A stretch of 57,329 nt of DNA from Acidimicrobiia bacterium (GTDB taxonomy: Bacteria; Actinomycetota; Acidimicrobiia; Acidimicrobiales; Aldehydirespiratoraceae). Both the position numbers and the translations under genes were made by a program. Positions 8,546 to 18,866 of the stretch are shown here, piece after piece. The stretch covers positions 1-57,329 of the forward strand of contig JAHQYM010000004.1 in NCBI GenBank assembly GCA_024421095.1, in the 5' to 3' direction. How positions within the stretch are numbered: the first letter of the stretch is position 1; each line of letters starts with the position of its first letter. The notes under the pieces are model-generated. The model saw only the letters and a program-made list of their open reading frames with translations, was not told the DNA's origin and searched no databases.

Positions 8546-9835
8546 TTAGTTGAGAGTTAAGGTGACCAGAAACTGAGTCGGCCAGTTTTTGCCGCCGAGG
8601 ATCCACTGGCCATCACCACGGTAAGCCACGCCGTTGAGCACGGTATGAGTCTCGCTTGCGGAGATGCCAGCTTCCGTAGCCAACAGCGACCCGTCTACGG
8701 TCACGAACACTTCGCCAGAGTCAGGCTCAAAGATGATTATCTCGTTGCTGAGCCAGATGTTGGCGACCACCAAACCGTCAACACATTCAAGTTCGTTAAT
8801 ACGCACCACCGGTTGATTGTTGCGGCGCACCGTTACGGTTTTGGTGACGCTGAAATCGTCGCTGTTGCGCTGCGTTAAGGTTGCCGTGCCGTTGCTCATC
8901 AAGAACCGTGAGCGGGTGTCGTCCCAGCAGATCCCCCAGCCTTCGCCCGAGTAACGAAACTCGCCAAGCGGTTCGAAAGTATCGCGGTCGTAACGCAAAG
9001 CGCGGCCAGCCTTCCAAGTTAGTTGAATGATTTCGTCACCCGCGACGGTCAATCCCTCGCCAAACAAGTTGGACGCAAGAGCCCGCGAGCGTACTTCAGT
9101 GCTTCCCCGCAGAGCGCGCAGGCGAGAGCGCCCGTAAAGGCCAGTGCTTTCATAGATGGTGTCGCCGTGCAGTTCAAGACCTTGGGTAAATGCCTCCGTG
9201 CTGTGCGTCCATTGATCCTCAATCTGCACTCGCCATTGCTGGTCAGCAACCGTGCGAGGGTCAACCGGCCAAGGTGCTGCGGTTGTCGTGGTTGTGGTGT
9301 TGGTGGTGGTGATTTCAGAAGCGGTGATTGACGTAGTGTTGGTTGATCGACCGTTGGTTGTTGCGGTGCTCGCAACTGTGGTCGTGCTCGCAACTGTGGT
9401 CGTGCTCACACTCACACTCGTGCTCGTGCTCACGCTCGTGCTCGTGCTCACGCTCGCGCTCGTGCTCACGCTCGCGCTCGTGGTTTCAGTGTTGGTCGTG
9501 ATGGTGGGATTTGGGGGTGCGGTGGTGGTGATTTCAGAAGCGGTGATTGACGTTGTGGTGGTTGATTGACCGTTGGTTGTTGCGGTGCTCGCAACTGTGG
9601 TCGTGGTTCGCCCCGTACTAGTTGGGGCGGTAGTCGTAGAAATGGAGGTCGTTGGTTTAGCGGTAGTTTCAGCAGTGATCCGCTTAGAGGTGGTGGTTGG
9701 GAGAGCAGTAGTTGCACCTTGGTCGCTCGACTCGGCATTTTCGGAGTTCGCACAACCCGCAACTACTAGGCAAAAGGCAACGCTCAGCAAAAACAGGAGA
9801 GTACCAAGCGCCAATTGGTCTCGGGTATTCATCAA
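8546..9835 (-). CDS. Glutaminyl-peptide cyclotransferase lipoprotein with a long Thr/Ser-rich linker
   Basis: Lipobox VAGC. AFTQGL, YESTGLYGRS, FGEGL, QLTWK, GEGWG, INELE, ANIW and VLNGVAY motifs. Confidence 0.9.
   Translation of the reverse strand: MMNTRDQLALGTLLFLLSVAFCLVVAGCANSENAESSDQGATTALPTTTSKRITAETTAKPTTSISTTTAPTSTGRTTTTVASTATTNGQSTTTTSITASEITTTAPPNPTITTNTETTSASVSTSASVSTSTSVSTSTSVSVSTTTVASTTTVASTATTNGRSTNTTSITASEITTTNTTTTTTAAPWPVDPRTVADQQWRVQIEDQWTHSTEAFTQGLELHGDTIYESTGLYGRSRLRALRGSTEVRSRALASNLFGEGLTVAGDEIIQLTWKAGRALRYDRDTFEPLGEFRYSGEGWGICWDDTRSRFLMSNGTATLTQRNSDDFSVTKTVTVRRNNQPVVRINELECVDGLVVANIWLSNEIIIFEPDSGEVFVTVDGSLLATEAGISASETHTVLNGVAYRGDGQWILGGKNWPTQFLVTLTLN
9280..9610. repeat. 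Intragenic repeats in the linker
   Basis: 18-bp GTGCTCACGCTCGYGCTC tandem units (STSVS/STSAS) and a duplicated TTVASTATTNG..SITASEITTT block. Confidence 0.8.
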
Positions 9836-9885
9836 CGATTACCTCGCACAGCACGCGCCTCCGATGCCTGAACCAACCCCTATGA

Positions 9886-10335
<450 letters not shown>

Positions 10336-10375
10336 GCCTAAATCCCAATAAGATCAGCGAACCAAAGGAATCGTA

Positions 10376-10753
10376 ATGGCATTCACTATCTATCATAACC
10401 CGCATTGAAACTCTTCAAGCAATGCTGTAGCGGTCGCTACGCAAATGGGTGTCGAGTTCACAGAAGTCCGCTACATGAAAGACTTCCCAGATGAGGCCAC
10501 GCTCCACGAGATCATCAACAAACTTGAAGAACCAGTTGAAGACCTAGTTCGCAAAGACGCTCAGTTCGCCAAACTCGGCCTCAACGAGGAAGACTACGTG
10601 AACAACCCCGACGCTGTGGTGGCAACACTAAGCAAGTACCATAGGTTGCTGCAACGGCCGGTTATTGTGGGGACTCGCAAGGCGATAATCGGGCGACCAT
10701 TCAACGGCGTGCTGGGCAAGAAACGGATTTCTCAAATTTTGGGTAGCGATTAG
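10376..10753 (+). CDS. ArsC/Spx-family reductase, predicted selenoprotein (TGA 10406-10408 = Sec11)
   Basis: AAGGA RBS, then ATG 10376 gives MAFTIYHNPH-TGA-NSSSNAV... in frame with ORF 10445-10753. TGA aligns with the catalytic Cys of the ArsC YHNPxC motif. LVRK, LLQRP and IGRP are conserved. Confidence 0.85.
10423..10443 (+). promoter_or_regulatory. Bacterial SECIS hairpin
   Basis: TGC-(T bulge)-GTAGC-GGTC loop-GCTAC-GCA starting 14 nt after the UGA. Bulged U and GGUC loop as in the E. coli fdhF SECIS. Confidence 0.75.
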
Positions 10754-10777
10754 GCACCGAGTCGCTATGCTGTCGGC

Positions 10778-11407
10778 GTGATACTAGAACAACAACTCAG
10801 TCAAAACCAAAAGAGACGCCGTGACCGTGTATTGCGCGCGGCACTAGACCTAGCCGACACCGGCGGATACCACGGGGTGCAAATGCGTGATGTCGCCAAT
10901 CGTGCTGGAGTGGCGTTGGGCACCGTATACAACTATTTTGTGTCGAAAGATCATCTGCTAGCAGTAACGCTAGTTGAGTGGACACGAGAGCTAGCCCAGA
11001 GCGTAAAGCAAAATCCGGCCGAGGGCGATACCACTCTAGAAAAAGTGCTAGATCTGCTCCGCAGAATGACCTTCACCACGCAAAGCAATCAACGAATCGC
11101 CGCCGCCATTGTTGGTGGGTTGATAGCAGAAGGCGAACAGGTCGCGGCGTGCCACCAAGAAATTCATGAAACCTTTACCAACGTTCTGGAGACGGCTTTT
11201 GAACCCGGCTTCGACACCACCAATCGTGACCAGATCATTCGCACACTGCAGAACGTTTGGTTTTCTCAATTGATTTTTTGGAAAAATGGCTGGTTCCCGA
11301 TTGAGCGATGCGTGCAAGAGTTAGAAGACACCGCGAAAATGTTCCTCGCTGACGAACAGCCGGCGAGCGCCTCTGCGGTTACCGCCTCTGCACGTGTCGG
11401 ATGGTAA
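10778..11407 (+). CDS. TetR family regulator, KstR-like
   Basis: GGYHGVQMRDVANRAGVALGTVYNYFVSKDHLL. Leaderless: TATGCT 6 nt upstream of the GTG. Confidence 0.88.
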   Translation: MILEQQLSQNQKRRRDRVLRAALDLADTGGYHGVQMRDVANRAGVALGTVYNYFVSKDHLLAVTLVEWTRELAQSVKQNPAEGDTTLEKVLDLLRRMTFTTQSNQRIAAAIVGGLIAEGEQVAACHQEIHETFTNVLETAFEPGFDTTNRDQIIRTLQNVWFSQLIFWKNGWFPIERCVQELEDTAKMFLADEQPASASAVTASARVGW

Positions 11408-11621
11408 GGTACTCCAAACTCACACAGTACTAGGCCCAAGTAGGGCCAACGCTACTTCGCGGCACCAAAGCAAGTGTCGTGCAACTGTTGATAAAGGGCG
11501 CTTTCGTAAGTGTCAAGCAACGCCAAGTCGCAAAAGAGTGGATCGAAAACAATCGGGTACTAGTTGACCGTTGGTTGCAAGTGGCCCGGGGCTGACGGTT
11601 TATTTGGATTTAGGTTAGCGT

Positions 11622-13184
11622 GTGGAGTTTTTTGCTCCACGCTCTAAACTGATAGCTGTGAACAATGAACTAGGCGTGAACGAATCGGTTGCGGTCGATG
11701 CGGCCGAAGACCCTTCAAAAACGCCCGCATCAACCCCATTTGCGCCCGCAGAGCCTCCACCACCACCTCCGCTGCCGCCGCAACAGACAACGGATGTCTT
11801 CGAGCAAGCGTTGCCGCAAAATCCGCCAGTATCACCCTTTGAACGGGCTGGGTCACCCTTTGAACCGGCTGGGTCACCCTTTGAACCGGCTGCACAAGGC
11901 AGGTTGTTTCAAGCACCCCCAACCGTGTCGGCACCGGTCCCTTCGTCGCCAGTTCTCTCGGCACCTGCCCCTCCGCCTCCCCCGCCTCCACCACCACCGC
12001 TCACGTCGATGTCAGCGGCAGCGAGTCTCGGTCAACAGCGGAACCGCGGCTCCAAACCTTTCAGGATTGTGGCATCGGTGGTATTAGCGATTTTATTGTT
12101 GGGCGGGTCTTTTGTAGTGGGTCAAAATTGGTCTGCAAATAATCCAGTGGTGCCCGCTCAAAATGATGGCATTGAGGCTTTAGTACCTTCAACCGGCACG
12201 GACTTGGATGCCCCAATCAACGCCAACGCCGACACCCCAACAGTTGAGTCCATTCTTGAGGTGCAACCTGGGCCGTTAGCCAACAGCAATTCCAACGAAC
12301 CAGTAGCCGATGTTGCCGAAGCCCTCAGCCCCTCGATCGTAGTCATAGAAATAACTGACGTAAGTCAAGGTTCGGGTGTGGTTTGGGATGCCGAGAATGG
12401 TTACATCGTCACCAACAACCATGTCGTTGAGGGGGCCTCCACCGTAAGCGTTCGCTTTGCTGACGGTCAAGTGGTAACCGGCACTGTCATTGGTGGCGAT
12501 ACAAGCCGCGACATCGCCATCGTTGGGGTTGACCCAACCGAAGTCAACTCTTTGGTCCAAGCGGTTTTCGCACCGGCTTCTGAAGTGCGCGTAGGTCAGT
12601 TGGCGGTGGCTATTGGTGGCCCTTTCGGGTTGGAACAAAGCGTTACCGCCGGCGTGGTAAGCGCCATCAACCGTGTGTTATTGGGAGGTGGATCAGACCC
12701 AGCAAACCCTAACCCCGTGGAGATGATCCAGACTGATGCTCCGATCAATCCCGGTAACTCAGGTGGTGCCTTGGCCGACAGGCAAGGCCGCATAATTGGG
12801 ATCAACACACAGATCCAAACCACTAGTCTGGCGCGCGGTAGCGTGGGTGTGGGTTTCGCGATTCCTTCAGACACGATTGAGTTGATCGCAAGACGTATTG
12901 TCAGTGGCGAATCCTTAGATGTTGGCTACTTAGGGATACAAGGTGAGACACCCACTGATGGTTCACCGGGTGCTTTAGTGACCTCGGTAGTGGCCGGTTC
13001 GCCCGCCGAAATTAGTGGGCTGCAAATCGGCGATCTAATAATTGCGATCAACGGCAAAGAACTCGCTTCAATGGCCGACTTGGCGGCTGAGGTGAAGCTG
13101 TTCCGGCCAACTGAGGTGATAGATGTTTTGGTGTTGCGTGACGGTGTAAGGTTGACGCTGCGAGCGATCCTTGGTTCCGCTTAA
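11622..13184 (+). CDS. HtrA/DegP-like serine protease with PDZ domain
   Basis: Pro-rich N-terminus with SPFEPAG repeats, a TM helix, TNNHVV, DIA, QTDAPINPGNSGG and a C-terminal PDZ. Confidence 0.92.
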   Translation: MEFFAPRSKLIAVNNELGVNESVAVDAAEDPSKTPASTPFAPAEPPPPPPLPPQQTTDVFEQALPQNPPVSPFERAGSPFEPAGSPFEPAAQGRLFQAPPTVSAPVPSSPVLSAPAPPPPPPPPPPLTSMSAAASLGQQRNRGSKPFRIVASVVLAILLLGGSFVVGQNWSANNPVVPAQNDGIEALVPSTGTDLDAPINANADTPTVESILEVQPGPLANSNSNEPVADVAEALSPSIVVIEITDVSQGSGVVWDAENGYIVTNNHVVEGASTVSVRFADGQVVTGTVIGGDTSRDIAIVGVDPTEVNSLVQAVFAPASEVRVGQLAVAIGGPFGLEQSVTAGVVSAINRVLLGGGSDPANPNPVEMIQTDAPINPGNSGGALADRQGRIIGINTQIQTTSLARGSVGVGFAIPSDTIELIARRIVSGESLDVGYLGIQGETPTDGSPGALVTSVVAGSPAEISGLQIGDLIIAINGKELASMADLAAEVKLFRPTEVIDVLVLRDGVRLTLRAILGSA

Positions 13185-13257
13185 CCTCAACGCACACACG
13201 CGCACACGCAAAGCACGCAAGTTTAGACCATGAAAGATTAGGTAGGGTCCATCGGCC

Positions 13258-14331
13258 ATGTTCCTCACGATCATTATCGCTATCGCTGCGCTGATCATTA
13301 TCGGTTTCTCAGCGTATTTTATTGTTCAGGCGCGCCGTATTGAACGCGGCGAAGAGTTGCAACTTGAAGAGTCTGGCAGCACCACAACACCCGAACCAGC
13401 AGTTGCCGCACCCTCGTTCAGGGATCGCCTCGGAAAGACTCGCGCCGCACTTTCGGGCTATCTTGGCTCAGTTTTCGGACGTGGTGATATCAACGATGAG
13501 ACTTGGCAACACTTACAAGACGCATTGATTCGTGCGGATGTGGGCGTGGGCACATCCGCTGACATCGTGGCCACAGTCCGCAGCAAAGCTGCTGCCGATG
13601 GCGTAACCGACAAGACAGAATTGGCTGGCTTGGTGAAAACCGAAATCGTCTCACGCCTCAAAGGTTTCGACCGTTCGATGAGCACCGCGCGAGAAGATTC
13701 TGCCACCGAGAACGGCAAAACCAAGCCAGCCGTTTGGCTGTTCGTGGGAGTGAACGGAGTTGGCAAAACCACCACAATAGGAAAGTTGGCGCACCGAGAA
13801 GCGAGTGCTGGGCGTTCAGTGGTGCTGGCCGCTGGCGACACCTTTAGGGCCGCTGCTGTGGAACAGTTGTCGGTTTGGTCTGAACGCAGTGGGGTAGAGA
13901 TTGTTAAAGGGTCTAGCGGAGCTGATCCTTCGTCGGTTGTTTTCGACGCGGTGGAGCATGCCGCGGCGCGTGCTGTGCCATTAGTGATGGCCGACACCGC
14001 AGGCCGTCTCCAAACCAAGACCAACTTGATGGAAGAATTGCGCAAGGTGCGCCGGGTTGCCGAAAAAGGTGCCGGGACGGTTACCGAAACGCTGCTAGTG
14101 ATTGATGCCACAACCGGGCAAAATGCGCTGTCGCAAGCGCGGCAGTTCGGTGAAGCGGTAGACGTGAGTGGTGTGGTGTTAACCAAGTTGGACGGTTCCG
14201 CTAAGGGCGGGATCGTGATTGCGATTCACGCCGAGTTGGGGGTGCCGGTAAAGTTCGTCGGCCTCGGGGAAGGGATCACTGATTTGGTTGAATTCGACCC
14301 GCACGAGTTCGTTGCCGCGCTCTTTGAATAA
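13258..14331 (+). CDS. ftsY: SRP receptor FtsY
   Basis: GVNGVGKTTT, DTFRAAA, DTAGR and TKLDGSAKGG. Confidence 0.96.
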   Translation: MFLTIIIAIAALIIIGFSAYFIVQARRIERGEELQLEESGSTTTPEPAVAAPSFRDRLGKTRAALSGYLGSVFGRGDINDETWQHLQDALIRADVGVGTSADIVATVRSKAAADGVTDKTELAGLVKTEIVSRLKGFDRSMSTAREDSATENGKTKPAVWLFVGVNGVGKTTTIGKLAHREASAGRSVVLAAGDTFRAAAVEQLSVWSERSGVEIVKGSSGADPSSVVFDAVEHAAARAVPLVMADTAGRLQTKTNLMEELRKVRRVAEKGAGTVTETLLVIDATTGQNALSQARQFGEAVDVSGVVLTKLDGSAKGGIVIAIHAELGVPVKFVGLGEGITDLVEFDPHEFVAALFE

Positions 14332-14408
14332 CTCAAACTTGAGCGTTGCCGTAACCAAGCGGCTAGCTCAGACGCACGCAAAGGCAGATCACCGCTAGGC
14401 TAGAAGTC

Positions 14409-15875
14409 ATGTTTGAAACCCTTTCAGACCGTTTTGAGCGGATCTTTCAAGGCATTCGTGGACGAGGCAAACTAAACCAAGCCGACATTGATGCCACGCT
14501 AGCTGAGATTCGATTGGCGCTGCTTGAAGCGGATGTCAACTTGGATGTGGTTGAATCGCTGACTCAGCGTATCCGCAACCGTGCCCTCGGTCAGGAGCTT
14601 TCTAAGGCTCTCAACCCCAGCCAACAAGTCGTCAAAATAGTGCTTGATGAGTTGACTGTGAGCCTCGGCGGGGAAGCGATGAAACTCACTTACGCGTCGA
14701 AACCTCCAACCGTGGTGTTGTTAGCGGGTTTGCAAGGCTCTGGCAAGACCACCAACGCAGCCAAACTAGCACAATGGTTCAAAAAGCAGGGGCGGCATCC
14801 CTTACTTGTTGGTGCAGACCTACAAAGACCGGCAGCAGTTGAACAGCTACGCACCTTGGGTGAACAGATCGACGTGCCGGTCTTTTCTGAAACCAGTCGA
14901 CCGACTAAGGTCGCTAAAAAGGCCCTCAAAGAAGCCGCCCGCACTGCCCGTGACGTGGTGATTGTCGACACTGCCGGTCGGCTCGCCATAGACCAAACGT
15001 TGATGGCCGAGATTGCCAACATTTCTTCGGCGGTCAACCCCCACTACACACTTTTGGTTGTGGACGCCATGACCGGTCAAGATGCCGTGACCATGGCCCG
15101 AGCCTTCGACCAAACCCTTGCCCTAGACGGCGTGATCTTAACCAAACTCGACGGCGATGCACGTGGCGGTGCGGCGCTGTCGGTCAAAGAAGTAGTAGGC
15201 AAACCGATTGCGTTTGCCTCAACCGGTGAAAAAATTGAAGATTTCGACACCTTCTACCCAGACCGTTTAGCAAGCCGCATTCTCGGAATGGGAGATGTCG
15301 AAACACTGATCGAGAAAGCTGAGGAAGCGTTCGAGCAGGAGCAAGCCGAAAAAGCGGCGGAACGCTTGCTTGAAGGCACCTTCACGCTCGAAGATTTTCT
15401 GGAACAAATGCAGCAGATAAAGAAAATGGGCCCCTTAGGAAATTTGGTGGGGATGATGCCGGGGCTCCCCAAAGAAGCCCGAAACGCTGAATTGGATGAC
15501 AGCCATCTGGCGCGGGTTGAGGGGATCATTCGCTCCATGACACCAGCAGAACGAGCGCAACCCGATGTCATCAACGGTTCTAGGCGGTTACGTATTGCCA
15601 ACGGTTCAGGTGTGCAACCCACCGAAGTCAAGCAACTTCTTGACCAATTTTCGCAGATGCGTCAGATGATGAAACAGTTCTCCGGTATGGGTTCAAAAAA
15701 GTTCAACCCGAAAGCCCGAAGTAAGGGCAAGAAAGGTAAGCAACGGCGAGGCGGACGCGTAACCCACAACGACTCGGCGCGAAGCACGGCAAGCAACCCG
15801 GCGAAGGGCTCTGCTAAACCACCGAAAGTACCATTGGCTCTACCCGGGCTCGAAGACCGTTTGCGCGGGTTTTAG
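14409..15875 (+). CDS. ffh: Signal recognition particle protein
   Basis: GLQGSGKTT, DTAGR, TKLDGDARGG and an M domain. Confidence 0.97.
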   Translation: MFETLSDRFERIFQGIRGRGKLNQADIDATLAEIRLALLEADVNLDVVESLTQRIRNRALGQELSKALNPSQQVVKIVLDELTVSLGGEAMKLTYASKPPTVVLLAGLQGSGKTTNAAKLAQWFKKQGRHPLLVGADLQRPAAVEQLRTLGEQIDVPVFSETSRPTKVAKKALKEAARTARDVVIVDTAGRLAIDQTLMAEIANISSAVNPHYTLLVVDAMTGQDAVTMARAFDQTLALDGVILTKLDGDARGGAALSVKEVVGKPIAFASTGEKIEDFDTFYPDRLASRILGMGDVETLIEKAEEAFEQEQAEKAAERLLEGTFTLEDFLEQMQQIKKMGPLGNLVGMMPGLPKEARNAELDDSHLARVEGIIRSMTPAERAQPDVINGSRRLRIANGSGVQPTEVKQLLDQFSQMRQMMKQFSGMGSKKFNPKARSKGKKGKQRRGGRVTHNDSARSTASNPAKGSAKPPKVPLALPGLEDRLRGF

Positions 15876-15992
15876 CGTTATGGGAAACATTTTGGGTAGG
15901 GTAGTTGGCTTATGAGGTTGGAATTGGTTGGTCCGCTAGGATTGAATTGAGCATTCAGTCCCTAAATCATCATTTACAGAAACAGAGAATAT

Positions 15993-16304
15993 ATGGCAGT
16001 CAAGCTCCGCCTTATGCGGATGGGTAAAAAAAAGCAGCCCACTTACCGAGTTGTAGCGGCCGATTCGCGCTCTCCCCGCGATGGTCGCTTCCTAGAGATT
16101 CTCGGCACGTATGAACCGCGCCAAGATCCTTCGCGGATCAAGATCAACAACGACCGCGCCTTGCATTGGCTGAGGCACGGCGCACAACCAACCGACCGAG
16201 TTGAGAAGCTCCTTAAGCTCTCGGGCGCGTGGGAACTATTCAAGGACAAACCGCCTAGTTCCGACACCGCAGTAGCAGCCACCGAAGCTGAAGTAGGTGT
16301 TTGA
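15993..16304 (+). CDS. rpsP: 30S ribosomal protein S16
   Basis: [31 protein letters not shown]. Confidence 0.97.
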   Translation: MAVKLRLMRMGKKKQPTYRVVAADSRSPRDGRFLEILGTYEPRQDPSRIKINNDRALHWLRHGAQPTDRVEKLLKLSGAWELFKDKPPSSDTAVAATEAEVGV

Positions 16305-16305
16305 G

Positions 16306-16551
16306 ATGTCGTTGGATAAGGCTCAAGCAGTTTGTGAATATCTGGTGCAACAGTTGGTTGACGACCCAACAGCTGTAGGCGTTGCGGCCACGCAGACGGG
16401 ATCGAAGTTACGCCTTGATGTGACTGTTGGTGAGGGCGACATGGGCCGGGTGATCGGTAGACGCGGGCGTGTGGCCGGGGCTATTCGTACGGTAGTGCGC
16501 GCTGCTGGCTACGAAGAAGGCACCTCCATTGAGGTTGAGTTCATCGACTGA
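16306..16551 (+). CDS. khpA: KH-domain RNA-binding protein
   Basis: DMGRVIGRRGRVAGAIR, located between rpsP and rimM. Confidence 0.9.
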   Translation: MSLDKAQAVCEYLVQQLVDDPTAVGVAATQTGSKLRLDVTVGEGDMGRVIGRRGRVAGAIRTVVRAAGYEEGTSIEVEFID

Positions 16552-16578
16552 CCCTGCGGCACCGCGCCAGGTATATTG

Positions 16579-17091
16579 ATGCTTGAAGTCGGCCGTGTCA
16601 CCCGCCCGCATGGCGTATGCGGCGATCTGGTAGTGATTTTGACTACCAACCGCAGCGAGCGTTTAGATGTTGGGTCGGTGTTGACGGCCGCAGATCGTGA
16701 GTTGGTGGTGGCTCACGCGAGGCCACACAAAAACTCTTGGATTGTCGGGTTTCGTGGTGTGACCGATCGCCTTAGTGCTGAGGCGCTGAGCGGCACGGTT
16801 CTTCGTGCTGTGCCGCTTGTGGATGCTAATGAATTATGGGTGCATGAGTTGGTAGGCGCGCGGGTGCTAGACCAAGACGGGGTCGAACGTGGTGAGGTGG
16901 CAAAGGTAGTGGAAAATCCGGCCAGTGATCTTTTGGAGTTAGACACCGGCGCGCTGGTGCCGTTGCGCTTCCTTACCGAACTAGTACCCACAAAGCGCAT
17001 CGTTGTTGATGTGCCTGAAGGTTTGTTTGATATTGCGAACAACCCAACCGAAAGTGCTGTCGGTGCTGCTGATTCTGGAATGCCTTCGTGA
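16579..17091 (+). CDS. rimM: Ribosome maturation factor RimM
   Basis: VGRVTRPHGVCG, ENPASDLLEL and operon context. Confidence 0.92.
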   Translation: MLEVGRVTRPHGVCGDLVVILTTNRSERLDVGSVLTAADRELVVAHARPHKNSWIVGFRGVTDRLSAEALSGTVLRAVPLVDANELWVHELVGARVLDQDGVERGEVAKVVENPASDLLELDTGALVPLRFLTELVPTKRIVVDVPEGLFDIANNPTESAVGAADSGMPS

Positions 17092-17813
17092 GTTGTTTGC
17101 GCATTGATGTCTTCACCATTTTCGCGCAACTAGTTGATTCGTTTGCTAGTGAGTCGGTGATTGGTCGGGGGCGTCGTGAGGGGGTGCTTGATTTGCGGGC
17201 TTTCGGTCGCGGGGTTCACCAAAGTGTTGATGACGCTCCGTTTGGTGGTGGAGCGGGGATGGTCATGGCTGCGCCGCCAGTGTTTGCTGCGGTAGAGAAA
17301 CATGAACCCCCTCGTCCGTTGCTGTATTTGTCTCCGGCTGGCAAAATTTTCGATCAACGTATGGCTGAACAGTTAGCAGCGAGCGGTGGCTTTTCGTTGT
17401 TATGTGGACGCTACGAAGGCATTGATGAGCGCATTCGTGAGCATTTGGTTGATGCTGAGGTGTCGGTTGGTGATGTGGTGCTTGCTGGTGGCGAAGTTGC
17501 GGCCTTGTTGATAGTGGAAGCTGTGGGTCGTTTAGTGCCGGGTGTTGTGGGTAACGCCGACAGCATCACCGAGGAATCCTTTACGGATCATTTGTTGGAG
17601 TATCCTCATTTTACTCGCCCAGCCGTTTTTCGCGGTTGGCAAGTGCCGCGAGTGTTGCTCTCGGGTGACCACGGCCAGGTGGCTCGTTGGCGCAAGGCGC
17701 AAGCGTTACGGCAGACGCTTAATCGCCGCCCCGACTTGATCGCAAGACGCGGAGGTCTTAGCGACCAAGACAAGAATCTGCTCGCAGAATTTGGATATCT
17801 TGACGAGTTTTAG
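17088..17813 (+). CDS. trmD: tRNA (guanine-N1)-methyltransferase
   Basis: VDDAPFGGGAGMV, CGRYEGIDER, SVGDVVLAGGE and LLEYPHFTRP. Confidence 0.95.
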   Translation: MSCLRIDVFTIFAQLVDSFASESVIGRGRREGVLDLRAFGRGVHQSVDDAPFGGGAGMVMAAPPVFAAVEKHEPPRPLLYLSPAGKIFDQRMAEQLAASGGFSLLCGRYEGIDERIREHLVDAEVSVGDVVLAGGEVAALLIVEAVGRLVPGVVGNADSITEESFTDHLLEYPHFTRPAVFRGWQVPRVLLSGDHGQVARWRKAQALRQTLNRRPDLIARRGGLSDQDKNLLAEFGYLDEF

Positions 17814-17901
17814 GGTGGTGGTTGGTTGAGTTGCCTCTAGGCTTGCTGTCTGGTACGGCTGTTCGGTCCGTCCTTTAGTTCTCACCGCCGCGGAGTATGC
17901 G

Positions 17902-18249
17902 ATGCAGCCCACAGATGTAATTGACAACCTAATCGATAATGCAGAAATACCGGATTTTGCTTCTGGGGATACGCTGCGTGTTCATGTTCGTGTGATGGAG
18001 GGCAATCGTGCCCGTACGCAGGTCTTTGAGGGTGTGGTGATACGCCGTCAGGGTAGCGGTATCCGTGAGACGTATACTGTGCGAAAGTTGAGTTTTGGTG
18101 TTGGTGTGGAGCGCACATTTCCTCTTTACACACCGATTGTGGAGCGCATTGAGCGGGTGTCTCGTGGTGATGTGCGTCGAGCTAAATTGTATTACCTGCG
18201 CGAGCGCGTTGGTAAAGCTGCCAAGGTAAAAGAAAAGCGAGACAACTAG
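17902..18249 (+). CDS. rplS: 50S ribosomal protein L19
   Basis: [20 protein letters not shown] and RRAKLYYLR. Confidence 0.97.
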   Translation: MQPTDVIDNLIDNAEIPDFASGDTLRVHVRVMEGNRARTQVFEGVVIRRQGSGIRETYTVRKLSFGVGVERTFPLYTPIVERIERVSRGDVRRAKLYYLRERVGKAAKVKEKRDN

Positions 18250-18278
18250 CCGCTCTAAGCTGGTGTCGTTCAAGGCAT

Positions 18279-18300
18279 TGTCACACCCCCTGATTACTCT
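18279..18300 (+). promoter_or_regulatory. PafBC/RecA-NDp-like promoter for yraN, leaderless
   Basis: TGTCAC-accccctgat-TACTCT-6 nt-ATG. Confidence 0.65.
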
Positions 18301-18306
18301 TGAGGG

Positions 18307-18660
18307 ATGCACAAATCCATGGATAAATCAAAGGTAGCCTTAGGGCGTTGGGGTGAAGCCCGAGTCGCCAAATTTTACGAAAACCGCGGTTACGCAGTGG
18401 CGGATCGCAACTGGACGATCAAGGGCGGCGAACTTGACTTGGTACTGACTCGTGGCGACGAGATTGTGTTTTGTGAAGTAAAGACTCGCAATTCGGATCG
18501 CTTCGGTAGCGCTGTAGAAGCTGTTGGTTATCGGAAACAGCAACTTTTGCGCCGTACGGCTGCGTCTTGGTTGAACTGTCATCAGCGGCGTGGCAAGTTG
18601 CGCTTTGATGTTGCTGCGGTGGTGGCTGGCAAGGTGGTGGTTACTACTGCTGCATTTTAG
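18307..18660 (+). CDS. yraN: YraN family nuclease
   Basis: LGRWGE, RNW...GELDLV, FCEVKTR and RFDV. Confidence 0.93.
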   Translation: MHKSMDKSKVALGRWGEARVAKFYENRGYAVADRNWTIKGGELDLVLTRGDEIVFCEVKTRNSDRFGSAVEAVGYRKQQLLRRTAASWLNCHQRRGKLRFDVAAVVAGKVVVTTAAF

Positions 18661-18685
18661 CCCGTAGCTGTCTGCCGTTTGCTTT

Positions 18686-18796
18686 TCAACCAAAGAGTGC
18701 CCAAAGCACTAGTAGCACCGCTACCAATAGGCCGCTACCCACGTAGAGATAGTCGGTTGGTCTGCGACGATGTGTTCGGGTGGGATCCATGCCCAT
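18686..18796 (-). CDS. Small membrane protein, 36 aa (below the ORF-track cut-off)
   Basis: MGMDPTRTHRRRPTDYLYVGSGLLVAVLLVLWALFG: basic N-terminus and one TM helix, filling an intergenic gap. Confidence 0.6.
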   Translation of the reverse strand: MGMDPTRTHRRRPTDYLYVGSGLLVAVLLVLWALFG

Positions 18797-18866
18797 GTTG
18801 CTAATTTGGCCTTTACGCTTTGCTGTGTCAGTTTGATCTTGATGTGGACGGTCGTTTGGAGTTGAT

